Counted from the stretch's first letter, positions 33,864-43,590 are shown. The stretch: 64,000 bases of DNA from Sporomusaceae bacterium (GCA_029265905.1 JAJUGR010000005.1:2553-66552); one strand, 5' to 3'. The notes: generated by a model not told the origin, from the sequence alone. A program made the numbers and translations.

Positions 33864-35243
33864 ATGCAGTTGTTTTGGGGACATTGGCTTGGACTAGCTG
33901 TTGCGTTGTCCTGTGTTGCGGTGCTGGGAGCCGTTGCCTCGCGCAAGGTGAAAACGGCTGACGATTTTACCTTGGCCGGGAAGGCAAGCGGGGTGACGAT
34001 GGTTGCGGGAACGATAATCGGCACGATTGTCGGCGGCGCAGCAACGATTGGGACGGCGCAATTGGCATTCAAGGTGGGGCTGGCGGCCTGGTGGTTTACG
34101 CTGGGGTGTGGTCTGGCGCTGCTTCTGCTAGGCTTTTTTTATGCCAAGCCGCTAAGAGACAGCGGGCTGGCGACCGTGCCGGAGTTTTTGGTGGTCAATT
34201 ACGGAAAAGAAGCTGGCCCTTTATGCAGCCTGACATCATCGGCCGGCATTTTTTTTAGCCTGGTGGCGAACCTTTTGTCGGCGGTGCCTTTGATTATGGC
34301 TTTGCTGCATCTCTCCTCCATGCAGGCGGCTGGTCTCGTTTTGATCTTCACCCTACTTTACGTTTTCTTAGGCGGGGTATGGGGAACGGGGCTGGTAGGG
34401 GTTTTCAAAACGGTGCTGATCATTGCGTCTCTTGGCACGGCGGGCGTTATTGCCTGGCAAGGCGTCGGCGGGGCAAGTGGGCTGACAGGAAGCTTGCCGT
34501 CGGGTCCGTGGTTCGATTTGTTTGGGCGTGGCTGGAGCGTTGATGTGGGCAGCGCTTTATCGGTTGTAGTCGGGGTTTTGTCGACGCAAACGTACATACA
34601 GGCTGTATATGGGGCAAAGGACGTGCGCGCCGCCCGCGGCGGGGTGCTGTTGGCCGCCGCTATCACTTTGCCGATCGGTTTGCTGGGCGTGCTGGTCGGG
34701 TTGTTCATGCGCGTTCATCACCCCGATATCGTGCCGATTGACGCGTTGCCCTTGTTTGTCTTGCGCTACCTGCCTGACTGGCTGGGGGGGCTGGCAATCG
34801 GCGCCCTGCTGCTGGCCTCGATCGGCAGCGCGGCTGGCTTGATTTTAGGCATGGCGACGATGCTGACGCGTGATATTGCCGCGCGCGTGCTGCCCATTCG
34901 CCCCGGTTATTCGGAATTGCGCGTCACGCGGGTGATTGTGTTTGTGGTCGCGTTCAGTGCCGTTGCCGTGACGATGGCGAATTTGGGTTCGCTGGTGCTT
35001 GACTGGAACTACCTGTCGATGGGGTTGCGGGGCGCCGGCACGTTTTTGCCGCTAAGCGCCGCGGTTTTTGTTCCTGGCCGGATAAAAAGCCGGTGGGCGA
35101 TGCTGGCGATTGCTGGCGGCGCGCTGACTTCGTTGGCCTGGAAACTCATCTTGCCTGAAAGCGGCGACCCGCTTTATCCGGGTTTGCTGGTTAGCGCTGT
35201 TATGTTGCTGGCTGGATGGCGACGCGGGCAGAAAGGCACTTGA
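33864..35243 (+). CDS. Sodium:solute symporter (SSF) family transporter, copy 1
   Basis: The ATG at 33864 sits behind AGGAAGGGGG. The sequence runs ..DDFTLAGKASGV..GGAATIGTAQLAF.. with a multi-TM SSF layout. Confidence 0.8.
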   Translation: MQLFWGHWLGLAVALSCVAVLGAVASRKVKTADDFTLAGKASGVTMVAGTIIGTIVGGAATIGTAQLAFKVGLAAWWFTLGCGLALLLLGFFYAKPLRDSGLATVPEFLVVNYGKEAGPLCSLTSSAGIFFSLVANLLSAVPLIMALLHLSSMQAAGLVLIFTLLYVFLGGVWGTGLVGVFKTVLIIASLGTAGVIAWQGVGGASGLTGSLPSGPWFDLFGRGWSVDVGSALSVVVGVLSTQTYIQAVYGAKDVRAARGGVLLAAAITLPIGLLGVLVGLFMRVHHPDIVPIDALPLFVLRYLPDWLGGLAIGALLLASIGSAAGLILGMATMLTRDIAARVLPIRPGYSELRVTRVIVFVVAFSAVAVTMANLGSLVLDWNYLSMGLRGAGTFLPLSAAVFVPGRIKSRWAMLAIAGGALTSLAWKLILPESGDPLYPGLLVSAVMLLAGWRRGQKGT

Positions 35244-35321
35244 CGATGCCCGGAACAGCGGGCATACTTGGAAGGAGCGCTCCGCGCAGAATGCTGCGGG
35301 ATGACAAGGGGAGGTATGAGA

Positions 35322-36752
35322 ATGAACGGGTATTTAGCGGCCATTATCGTTTATGCCGTTGCCTTGGTGGCCCTTGGCTGGTTCATCGGCAAGCGGGTGA
35401 CAGGCGCCGGCGCTTTTTTTGTTGCCGGACGCAATTTGACCAGCGGGCTGCTGTTCACCAGCTTGATTGCTGCAAACATAGGCGCCGGTTCGACGGTGGG
35501 GGTGGCCGGCATCGGCTATCAGTACGGGATTTCCAGCTGGTGGTGGATTGGCAGTTCTGCGATTGGCTCGCTGGCGCTGGCGTTTTGGGTTGGCCCGAAA
35601 ATCTGGCGTGTTGCCGTGCGGCATAATTTATACACCTTGGGCGATTATTTGGAATTGCGTTTTTGCCGTTCGTTTCGCGGTCTCATTTCCGGGATGATGG
35701 CGCTCGGAACGCTGGCGCTGTTTTCCGGCCAATTGATCGGCATAGCCTGGATCCTTAATGTGGTGGCCGGCCTTGACAAGGTATGGGGCGTCATAATGGG
35801 AGCTGTCGTGGTCACGCTGTATTTTTCGGCCGGCGGCTTGCTGTCGGCTACCATCGTCAACCTGGTGGAAATCGTCGTGATTTTTGCCGGCTTTCTTATT
35901 GCGGCGCCATACGCGCTGGCGCATGTTGGCGGTTGGGACGCGCTGCAGGCGGCGGTTGCCGCCAATCACGGCCAGGCTGCTGTGACCGCCAAGTACTTTG
36001 CCTGGGATGGGTTGGGCGCGACAACGATTTTAGGTTACCTGATCATGCTGATTCCGGCCTTTTGCATTTCTCCCGGCTTGATCGGCAAGGTGTATGGCGC
36101 GCGCGATGAAAAGGCGGTGCGGATCGGCACGGCGATGAACAGCCTTGTCCAGTTCGGCTTCGCCTTCCTGCCGGCCATTATCGGCATGTGCGCTTTTGCC
36201 GCGTTTCCGCAGCTTTCAAATCGGGAAATGGCGCTGCCCATGGCGATGAAGGAAATGATGCCGTTTGGCGTTTCGGCGCTGGCCCTGGCGGCGATTTTTG
36301 CTGCGGAAGTCAGTACGGCCGATGCGGTCTTATATATGCTGGCCACTTCCATCTCCAAAGATCTGTACAAGACATTCATCCGGCCGGATCTGTCGGAGGA
36401 GGCGCTCTTGTCAGCCAGCCGGACGATAACCGTCGGGTGCGGCGTAGTCGGCGTTTTGCTCGCGGTTCTGCTGCCGAATATCTTGACGGCGCTGCAAATA
36501 TTTTATACCTTGATGAGCGTGTCCTTGACAGCGCCACTGGTGTTTGGCCTTTTTTCAAAGCGCGCTGCGAGCCAAGGCGCGTTTGTGTCCGCGCTCGGCG
36601 GCATAGGCATCACCTTGTTTTTGCAATTTGCCAATCAAGGCAAGGGCATTTGGATTTTAAACGCAGCATCGACAGGGATATTGGCGTCGCTGTTGCTAAT
36701 GGCTTTGTCGCTTCTTGTATTTTCCCGGGACAGCCGGCAGGAAAGTGGCTGA
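35322..36752 (+). CDS. Sodium:solute symporter (SSF) family transporter, copy 2
   Basis: The ATG at 35322 is 7 nt after AAGGGGAGG. The sequence runs ..FFVAGRNLTSGLLFTSLIAANIGAGSTVG.. in a typical SSF pattern. Confidence 0.8.
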   Translation: MNGYLAAIIVYAVALVALGWFIGKRVTGAGAFFVAGRNLTSGLLFTSLIAANIGAGSTVGVAGIGYQYGISSWWWIGSSAIGSLALAFWVGPKIWRVAVRHNLYTLGDYLELRFCRSFRGLISGMMALGTLALFSGQLIGIAWILNVVAGLDKVWGVIMGAVVVTLYFSAGGLLSATIVNLVEIVVIFAGFLIAAPYALAHVGGWDALQAAVAANHGQAAVTAKYFAWDGLGATTILGYLIMLIPAFCISPGLIGKVYGARDEKAVRIGTAMNSLVQFGFAFLPAIIGMCAFAAFPQLSNREMALPMAMKEMMPFGVSALALAAIFAAEVSTADAVLYMLATSISKDLYKTFIRPDLSEEALLSASRTITVGCGVVGVLLAVLLPNILTALQIFYTLMSVSLTAPLVFGLFSKRAASQGAFVSALGGIGITLFLQFANQGKGIWILNAASTGILASLLLMALSLLVFSRDSRQESG

Positions 36753-36817
36753 ACTGGCGCGAATAACTTTCAAGTGAATTTTTACTTTGCACGCGTCGTG
36801 CATGTCTGAGGTGCCGC

Positions 36818-37558
36818 ATGAAGCAAAAAATGAATTGGCGGTTTGCCGTGATTACCTTATCCTTCTGCCTGGCGGGCGCAGGCTTGGCCTTGGCTTCGGG
36901 GAAAAAAGGTCTGTCCATTCCACCGGCGCCAGCACAGAAGCGGGTTGACATCCAATCGCAGCCGAAAGCGCCGACGCCGATTTTGGGCGAAGCAGTCTTG
37001 CCCAAAGAGCAGGCGGTCGCCTTCATTGTCCGCGTCAATCCCGCTCCGAAGCTGAATTGCTCGGTGGAAGAAATCGTCCATTACTATTACGAGGAGGCGG
37101 CGATGGAAGGCGTGCGGGCTGATTTGGCCCTCAGCCAGGCGCTGCTTGAGACAGGCTTTTTTCGCTATGGCGGCGACGTAAAGCCCGAACAAAACAATTT
37201 TTGCGGCTTGGGGACGACGGGCGGCGGCATACGCGGGGCGGCTTTCCCTGACCCCAGAACCGGCGTCAGGGCGCATATTCAGCACCTGCTGGCGTATTCG
37301 ACCAGGCGGTTGCCGCAGCAGGAAATCGTTGACCCGCGGTATCATTTAGTTTGGCAAATGCCCAACCGCTATGCAAAACATCCCCACTGGGAAGACCTGG
37401 ACGGGCTGTGGGCAACGAGCCGGCCCTACAGCGCAAAAATCTTTTCCATTTATGAACGCATGCTCAGCACCCCTTTTACCGCACCTGCCGATACACCAAC
37501 CAAGGAAGCGGCGGCGAACCGGTTTATTATCCTCAGTCCGGAAGCGAGGGGCTTATAA
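36818..37558 (+). CDS. Secreted glucosaminidase-domain (LytD/FlgJ-like) peptidoglycan hydrolase
   Basis: 246 aa with a signal peptide. ..VRADLALSQALLETGFFRYGG..NNFCGLG.. is a mannosyl-glycoprotein endo-beta-N-acetylglucosaminidase-type motif. Confidence 0.7.
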   Translation: MKQKMNWRFAVITLSFCLAGAGLALASGKKGLSIPPAPAQKRVDIQSQPKAPTPILGEAVLPKEQAVAFIVRVNPAPKLNCSVEEIVHYYYEEAAMEGVRADLALSQALLETGFFRYGGDVKPEQNNFCGLGTTGGGIRGAAFPDPRTGVRAHIQHLLAYSTRRLPQQEIVDPRYHLVWQMPNRYAKHPHWEDLDGLWATSRPYSAKIFSIYERMLSTPFTAPADTPTKEAAANRFIILSPEARGL

Positions 37559-37560
37559 AG

Positions 37561-37584
37561 GAGCGGGCTATGCCTGCTCTTTTT
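37561..37584 (+). terminator. Intrinsic terminator after the glucosaminidase gene
   Basis: gagcgggc/gcctgctc forms an 8-bp stem (one G-U pair) with a 3-nt loop, followed by TTTTT. Confidence 0.6.
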
Positions 37585-37605
37585 CTATGACATAAGGAGG
37601 ACGCT

Positions 37606-38064
37606 ATGAACATTGTTTTAGTAGAACCGGAAATACCAGGGAATACAGGCAATATCGCCAGGCTTTGCGCCGCGACCGGGGCGCGGCTGCATCTGGTGCG
37701 CCCGCTGGGCTTTTCTACGGATGACCGGCATTTAAAGCGCGCCGGCCTCGATTACTGGCATCTGCTGGATTTGCATTACCATGACTCGTTTGCCGCATTG
37801 CAGGCGAAATATCCGGATGGCCGGTATTATTACCTAACGACCAAGGCCGAACGGGCTCATACGGAAATGCAATATAACCCTGACGATTTTTTGGTGTTCG
37901 GTAAAGAGACAGCGGGTTTGCCGGAGCCGCTGCTGGCGGCCAACCAAGACACCTGCATTCGCATTCCGATGATCGACGGGGCCCGCTCGCTCAACCTGTC
38001 AAATGCCGTGGCGATTGTCACGTATGAAGCGCTGCGGCAGCAAGGCTATCCGGGACTGCGGTAA
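37606..38064 (+). CDS. trmL: tRNA (cytidine/uridine-34-2'-O)-methyltransferase (SpoU/TrmL)
   Basis: 152 aa. MNIVLVEPEIPGNTGNIARLCAATG..LHLV.PLGF.. and C-terminal SLNLSNAVAI. Confidence 0.9.
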   Translation: MNIVLVEPEIPGNTGNIARLCAATGARLHLVRPLGFSTDDRHLKRAGLDYWHLLDLHYHDSFAALQAKYPDGRYYYLTTKAERAHTEMQYNPDDFLVFGKETAGLPEPLLAANQDTCIRIPMIDGARSLNLSNAVAIVTYEALRQQGYPGLR

Positions 38065-38140
38065 GCAGGCGTGGGCTTGAGCTGCCAAAACCATCGGTTT
38101 GTGGTACAATAGCAAAAAAGCGGTTGGGGAGGGACGAAAA

Positions 38141-38482
38141 ATGGTTTATGATCGCGCCCATGAATTAGCGGCGGCGCTTGCGCGCTGTGATGAATACAAG
38201 CGGCTGGCAGCCGCCAAAGAGGGACTTGCCGGCGACGGCACGGCTAAAAAAATGGTCAAGGATTTTTTGAGCCGGAAAATGGAATCGGACATGGCGGCGA
38301 TGGCGGGCAAAGAACCGGACAAAGCGGCCGTGGCCAAGCTCGAGCAGTTAGCAGGCGTCGTTTCGGCCAATCCTCGGGCTCGTGATTATCTTGAAGCCTA
38401 CGGGCGGTTTCAGGTGCTGATGGGGGATATCAGCCGCATTCTTAGTGAAGCGGTTAAACAAGGGATGGATATTGTTGAATAA
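38141..38482 (+). CDS. YlbF/YmcA-family (UPF0342) protein
   Basis: The ATG at 38141 sits behind GGGGAGGGA. The protein is helical, with ..AHELAAALARCDEYKRLAAAKEGL... and ..EAYGRFQVLMGDISRIL.. Confidence 0.7.
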   Translation: MVYDRAHELAAALARCDEYKRLAAAKEGLAGDGTAKKMVKDFLSRKMESDMAAMAGKEPDKAAVAKLEQLAGVVSANPRARDYLEAYGRFQVLMGDISRILSEAVKQGMDIVE

Positions 38483-39392
38483 TCAGTGTGAAAACTTTGC
38501 AGCCGCCGTGCGGGCGGCATTACCGGACATCCGTCTGCTTGTTGACGAGCCGATGTGCCGGCATACCTCGTTTCGGATTGGCGGCCCGGCGGACTACCTG
38601 GCGATCCCGCAATCGGAGGCCCAGCTCATCACTTTACTGGCATTAGGGCGCCGGCATGATGTGCCGGTCACGATTGTCGGCAACGGTTCAAACTTGCTGG
38701 TTCGGGACAACGGGATTCGCGGCCTGGTCATCAAAATGGGCGGCGGGCTGCTTGATCTTAGCTGTGAAAATGACCGCATAAAGGCCGGCGCCGGAGTGGC
38801 TTTGGCGGCGGTAGCCCATTTTGCCGCTGCGCATAACCTGACTGGCATGGAGTTTGCAGTTGGGATTCCGGGCAGCCTTGGCGGCGCCGTTTTTATGAAT
38901 GCTGGCGCCTATGACGGCGATATGGCGGCTGTTGTCGGCCGGGTCAGCGCGATTACGCTTGCGGGCGAGAAAAAAACCTTTTCCCGGGAGGGCATGGCTT
39001 TTGCCTACCGTCACAGTTGCCTGCAGGAGAACGAGTGCATTGTGACAAGCGTTGATTTGTGGTTGCGTCCGGGGGATGCGGCCGCGATCCGGGCGAAGAT
39101 GGATGATTATACGGAACGGCGGCTTGCCAAACAGCCGCTGCAGATTCCGAATGCAGGCAGCGCCTTTAAGCGGCCGCCCGGTCAGTTTGCCGGGGCGCTG
39201 ATTGAAAAAGCCGGTTTGAAAGGCTTTTCGGTCGGCGGGGCGCAGGTGTCGGAAAAACATGCCGGATTCATTGTCAACACCGGGGGGGCTACAGCACAGG
39301 ATGTGCTGCAACTGATTGCCGCGGTGCAAGAGAAGGTGTTTGCGCTGGCCAACGTGAAGCTTGAGCCGGAAGTGCGCGTGCTAGGTGAATAG
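38445..39392 (+). CDS. murB: UDP-N-acetylenolpyruvoylglucosamine reductase
   Basis: ..EPMCRHTSFRIGGPADYL..VTIVGNGSNLLV..GSAFKRPPG.. The true start may be a TTG near 38472, because the 5' end overlaps the ylbF-like gene. Confidence 0.9.
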   Translation: MKRLNKGWILLNNQCENFAAAVRAALPDIRLLVDEPMCRHTSFRIGGPADYLAIPQSEAQLITLLALGRRHDVPVTIVGNGSNLLVRDNGIRGLVIKMGGGLLDLSCENDRIKAGAGVALAAVAHFAAAHNLTGMEFAVGIPGSLGGAVFMNAGAYDGDMAAVVGRVSAITLAGEKKTFSREGMAFAYRHSCLQENECIVTSVDLWLRPGDAAAIRAKMDDYTERRLAKQPLQIPNAGSAFKRPPGQFAGALIEKAGLKGFSVGGAQVSEKHAGFIVNTGGATAQDVLQLIAAVQEKVFALANVKLEPEVRVLGE

Positions 39393-39397
39393 GAGAG

Positions 39398-39426
39398 AAA
39401 AAGCCGTCCTTCGGGGCGGCTTTTTG
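39398..39426 (+). terminator. Intrinsic terminator after murB
   Basis: aaaagccgtcc-ttcg-gggcggctttt with a TTCG loop, followed by TTTTT. Confidence 0.8.
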
Positions 39427-39491
39427 CAGGAAAAGCGGGTCTAAAAGTGGAATTTATACTGCAGTAATCTTTGGCAAAGGAGCGAGTGGCG

Positions 39492-41099
39492 ATGAAACTA
39501 ACCTTCTTAGGCGCAGCGCGCACCGTTACAGGTTCCAGCTTTTTAATCGAGACGAGTTCGGCCAAAGTATTGGTAGACTGCGGCATGTTTCAAGGGTCCC
39601 GCATGGTGCAAGAGTTGAACCGGCGACCTTTCTTATTCACCCCGTCCGCTTTGTCGGCGGTCGTGCTAACGCACGCCCATATTGATCATAGCGGCTTGCT
39701 GCCGAAGCTGATCCGCGAAGGCTACGGGGGGCCAATTCACGCCACCAAGGTTACCAGGGAATTGTGCAGCATCATGCTGCCTGACAGCGCGCACATTCAG
39801 GAGTCCGACACGGAGATCTACAACCGCAAAGGCAGGCGGGCCGGCAAACCGCCAGTTGCGCCGCTTTATTCCGTCGACGATGCATACCAGGCTGTGGAGC
39901 AATTTATCACGCACCCGTACAACACGCTGGTGGACGTTGCCCCGGGCATCCGCATTCGCTTTCAGATTGCCGGACACATCATGGGGGCGGCGATGGTGGA
40001 AATGTATATTGATGAAGCGGGCAAGACGGTCAAGCTGCTGTTTTCCGGCGATCTCGGGCAGCCGAACCAGCCTATTTTGCGCGACCCGGCCGTCATCGAA
40101 CGGACCGATTACCTTATTATGGAATCTACTTACGGCGACCGCGCCCACCCGATTTATGACCGCGAAGAAGCCCTGGCCAAGGTCGTCAAGGAAAGCATTG
40201 AGCGGGGCGGGCCGCTGATCATCCCTTCCTTTGCCGTCGGACGGACGCAGATGATCTTGTATCATTTGCAAAACCTGTTTAAGACAAAGAGGATACCATC
40301 GATTCCGGTCATTATCGATAGCCCGCTGGCGATTAACGCGACCGATATTGTCTTGCGCAATCCGCAGGAATACGATGAAGAGGCTGCCAGCTTGTACGAA
40401 AAGCAAAATAACCGCCTGATGGATATGCCGCAACTGCGTTTCACCCGGACGAGCGACGAGTCGCGGGCGCTTAACAACTTGGCGGAGCCGGCGATTATCA
40501 TCTCAGCGAGCGGCATGGCGGATGCCGGGCGGGTATTGCATCACTTGAAGCATAACTTATGGCGTCCGGAGGCGAGCGTGCTTTTTGTCGGCTTCCAAAC
40601 GGAGGGGAGCTTGGGGCGGCGGTTGGTGGACGGGGCAAAGCGCGTCAAAGTGCTGGGCGAACTGATTAGCGTCAGGGCGACGATTTACGACCTGGAGGGT
40701 TTTTCAGCCCATGCAGACGAAGCGCAGCTGCTGGACTGGCTGAAGAACCTGGAGTGCCGCCCGACGAATATGTTTATTGTCCATGGCGAGTATGACGCGG
40801 CTGTGCAGTTTGCCGAGAAGATTCAAAAAGAACTTGGCTTTTCAACTTATATACCGCAGTATGGTGAAACGGCAGTTATCGAAGGCGAACAGTGGCGCGT
40901 GGAAGAAACCGCCGTTTTGCAGAAGCTGCCAGCCGTCAAGGAGCTGCGTGACCGGATGAAAGGCTTTGAACGCAACTATCTTGAATACAAAGCGCGCATG
41001 GAGCAAGTCGTCACCCGCGATCCGAACAAGCTTCCAGAGTTCATGCGCCGTCTGGACAAAATTAAAAAACTGGTCGACCGCACCTTCGAAGATCTCTAA
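39492..41099 (+). CDS. Metallo-beta-lactamase/beta-CASP family ribonuclease-like protein with a C-terminal coiled-coil extension
   Basis: MKLTFLGAARTVTGSSFLIE..VLVDCGMFQG..LTHAHIDHSG.., with beta-CASP and RNA-specificity-domain-like segments. The ATG at 39492 is 9 nt after AAGGAG. Confidence 0.8.
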   Translation: MKLTFLGAARTVTGSSFLIETSSAKVLVDCGMFQGSRMVQELNRRPFLFTPSALSAVVLTHAHIDHSGLLPKLIREGYGGPIHATKVTRELCSIMLPDSAHIQESDTEIYNRKGRRAGKPPVAPLYSVDDAYQAVEQFITHPYNTLVDVAPGIRIRFQIAGHIMGAAMVEMYIDEAGKTVKLLFSGDLGQPNQPILRDPAVIERTDYLIMESTYGDRAHPIYDREEALAKVVKESIERGGPLIIPSFAVGRTQMILYHLQNLFKTKRIPSIPVIIDSPLAINATDIVLRNPQEYDEEAASLYEKQNNRLMDMPQLRFTRTSDESRALNNLAEPAIIISASGMADAGRVLHHLKHNLWRPEASVLFVGFQTEGSLGRRLVDGAKRVKVLGELISVRATIYDLEGFSAHADEAQLLDWLKNLECRPTNMFIVHGEYDAAVQFAEKIQKELGFSTYIPQYGETAVIEGEQWRVEETAVLQKLPAVKELRDRMKGFERNYLEYKARMEQVVTRDPNKLPEFMRRLDKIKKLVDRTFEDL

Positions 41100-41184
41100 C
41101 AATTCAGTTAACATTTGCCCCGTTGACAAGCACCGGTTCAAGCAGTACTATAAAATGTATGGAAAGATTATGATGCTGTAGATG

Positions 41185-41222
41185 AAGGATGCGTCTAAAG
41201 TAGAGCATCCTTTTTCTTTGTT
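41185..41222 (+). terminator. Terminator-like hairpin between the beta-CASP gene and typA
   Basis: aaggatgc/gcatcctt forms an 8-bp stem with a 12-nt loop, followed by TTTCTTTGTT. It lies downstream of a possible typA promoter, so its role is ambiguous (see findings). Confidence 0.55.
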
Positions 41223-41247
41223 CCGATGCGAAAGGGGAGCTAAACGA

Positions 41248-43059
41248 GTGATTCGTGAAGAAGTGAGAAATATTGCGATTATTGCGCACGTCGATCATGG
41301 CAAGACAACCCTGGTTGACGTCATGCTTAAGCAAAGCGGCGTGTTTCGCGCCAATGAGGCTGTTGTTGAACGCGTAATGGACTCAAATGACCTGGAAAGA
41401 GAAAGAGGCATTACGATTCTGGCGAAAAACACGGCTGTTACCTGGCACGACCTGTCGATCAACATTGTTGATACGCCGGGCCATGCTGACTTTGGCGGCG
41501 AAGTGGAACGCACCCTGACGATGGTGGACGGCGTTCTGCTGTTGGTCGATGCCTATGAGGGGCCGATGCCGCAGACGAAATACGTGTTGCGCAAGGCCTT
41601 GGAATTGCACTTGAAGCCGATTGTTGTCGTCAACAAAATTGACCGTCCGGATCAGCGGGCTGAAGAAGTTGTGGACGAAGTGCTTGATCTGTTCATTGAA
41701 TTGGGCGCTGACGAAGACCAGCTTGACTTTCCCGTCGTTTTCACGTCCGCACGGGCTGGCATCGCTAAACTGAACATGGCCGAAGAGGATCAGGACCTGA
41801 CACCGCTGTTTGAGTCGATCCGCAAAAACATTCCGGCTCCGGACGTGGAGGTGGACCAGCCGCTGCAGTTCATGGTTACGACGCTCGACCATGACGACTA
41901 CGTGGGGCGCGTGGCGATCGGCCGAATCGTGCGCGGCGTAGTGCGAAACGGACAGGCGGTTGCGGTCGCCGGTGAAAACGGCGTCCGCCAGGCTAAGATC
42001 GGCAAACTGTACCGCTACCAGGGGCTGAAACGGGTTGAAACCGAGCAAGCCGTGGCGGGCGACATTGTGGCGATGGTTGGCATGGGCGACGTTAATATCG
42101 GTGAAACGATTTGCGATCCGGCCCAGCCGGAAGCGCTGCCGAGCCTTTCCATCGACGAGCCGACCCTGTCGATGCGCTTTTATGTCAACAACAGTCCGTT
42201 TGCCGGCAAGGAAGGCGAGTTCGTTACTTCCCGCCACCTGCGCGATCGACTGTTCCGGGAAGCGCGGACAAACGTTAGTTTGCGCGTTGATGAAACCGAA
42301 AGCCCGGACTGCTATTCTGTTTGCGGCCGCGGTGAGCTGCACCTGTCCATTTTGATCGAGACGATGCGCCGCGAGGGGTATGAGCTGCAGGTTGGCAAGC
42401 CAAAGGTCATCAACAAAATGATCGACGGCATTCTCCAGGAGCCGATCGAGCATTTAACGATTGAGGTTCCGGCCGACTTTTTGGGTCCGGTCATGGAAAA
42501 GCTGGGTTCGCGTCGCGGCGAGATGCGCGACATGCAGGAAGTCGCCGGGTATTTGCGGATCGACTTTTTGATTCCGGCCCGCGGCCTGATTGGCTTCCGC
42601 AACGAATTTTTGACCGACACCAAGGGCAACGGCATCATGCACCACGTTTTCCACGGCTATGCGCCTTACAAGGGTGAAATCGCCGGCCGGACAAAAGGTT
42701 CGCTTGTGGCATTTGAAGACGGCGAAACGACCGGCTACGGCATTGCCAGCGTGCAGGACCGCGGTACGATGTTTGTTGTGCCGGGCCAAAAAATTTACAT
42801 GGGCCAAATCGTGGGCGAGAATACCCGCGATCAGGACATGGATCTCAACCCTTGCAAGAAAAAGCACGTCACCAACATGCGCTCCTCTAGCGCCGACGAC
42901 GCGATTCGTCTGGAGCCCCCGCGTCTGTTTACGCTGGAGCAAGCGCTTGAATACATCAACGAAGACGAATTGGTGGAAGTGACGCCTAAGAACATCCGCA
43001 TCCGCAAAGCCATTCTTGACCGGACGCAACGGGCGCGGGCGAAAAAAGCGGTTGAATAG
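41248..43059 (+). CDS. typA: Translational GTPase TypA/BipA
   Basis: The GTG at 41248 is 8 nt after [52 protein letters not shown].. and an EF-G-like domain layout. Confidence 0.93.
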   Translation: MIREEVRNIAIIAHVDHGKTTLVDVMLKQSGVFRANEAVVERVMDSNDLERERGITILAKNTAVTWHDLSINIVDTPGHADFGGEVERTLTMVDGVLLLVDAYEGPMPQTKYVLRKALELHLKPIVVVNKIDRPDQRAEEVVDEVLDLFIELGADEDQLDFPVVFTSARAGIAKLNMAEEDQDLTPLFESIRKNIPAPDVEVDQPLQFMVTTLDHDDYVGRVAIGRIVRGVVRNGQAVAVAGENGVRQAKIGKLYRYQGLKRVETEQAVAGDIVAMVGMGDVNIGETICDPAQPEALPSLSIDEPTLSMRFYVNNSPFAGKEGEFVTSRHLRDRLFREARTNVSLRVDETESPDCYSVCGRGELHLSILIETMRREGYELQVGKPKVINKMIDGILQEPIEHLTIEVPADFLGPVMEKLGSRRGEMRDMQEVAGYLRIDFLIPARGLIGFRNEFLTDTKGNGIMHHVFHGYAPYKGEIAGRTKGSLVAFEDGETTGYGIASVQDRGTMFVVPGQKIYMGQIVGENTRDQDMDLNPCKKKHVTNMRSSSADDAIRLEPPRLFTLEQALEYINEDELVEVTPKNIRIRKAILDRTQRARAKKAVE

Positions 43060-43082
43060 TACCGGCTGAAGGCAGGAATTAC

Positions 43083-43143
43083 AGTCCCCTTGTCGAACTC
43101 TTCCCTTATAATGGGTTGACAGCAAGGGGACTTGCTTATTTTT
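43083..43143 (+). terminator. Long-loop hairpin plus T-run after typA
   Basis: agtccccttg (43083-43092) pairs with caaggggact (43123-43132) as a perfect 10-bp stem around a 30-nt loop, followed by tgcttattttt. Confidence 0.45.
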
Positions 43144-43163
43144 GAACAGTGGAGGCGGTCGAC

Positions 43164-43538
43164 ATGGCAGCGGATTTGCTTCGAAGGGTCGGCTCTTTTG
43201 TGAATGGCAAGGAAATGGATGGCGAATTGGGACAAGAAAACGGCCGGCCGTATCTGGTTCGACGCCAGCAGGGGCAGGTGGCTGTTTTTATGGCCCATTC
43301 GTTCGAGGACGCGGAAGAATATGCGGCGCGGCTGCTGGATCAGCAGATTGTCATGGTATCGCTGGCGCAGGTTGATTCCGCGTTGCGGTTGCGCTTGTTC
43401 GATTACCTCAATGGCGTGAGTTATGCTATCGGCGCGCAGGTTGAAAAGGTGACGGACGATGTGCTGCTGTATGTTCCTTGTCCGGCTTCGGTGGAGCGCG
43501 AAGTGCGCCAACCGGCGCGATCCAGTTGGTTCAGATAA
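43164..43538 (+). CDS. sepF: SepF-like (DUF552) cell-division protein
   Basis: The ATG at 43164 is 8 nt after GGAGG. ..VAVFMAHSFEDAEEYAARLLDQQIVMVSLAQVDSALRLRLFDYLNGVSYAIGAQVEKVTDDVLLYVP.. is collinear with the SepF core. Confidence 0.65.
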   Translation: MAADLLRRVGSFVNGKEMDGELGQENGRPYLVRRQQGQVAVFMAHSFEDAEEYAARLLDQQIVMVSLAQVDSALRLRLFDYLNGVSYAIGAQVEKVTDDVLLYVPCPASVEREVRQPARSSWFR

Positions 43539-43562
43539 GAGCGATACGGCTTTTTCGTTAAG

Positions 43563-43590
43563 ACCACGCCGCGGCGTGGTTTTTTCTTTG
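43563..43590 (+). terminator. Intrinsic terminator after the sepF-like gene
   Basis: accacgc-cgcg-gcgtggt followed by TTTTTTCTTT. Confidence 0.8.

Noticed and set aside
41182-41247. Track start of typA at 41182 (MKDASKVEHPFSLFRCERGAKR...).
   Set aside because: That extension runs through the terminator-like hairpin and has no RBS. The GTG at 41248 behind AAAGGGGAG gives the canonical BipA N-terminus (..[16 protein letters not shown]).
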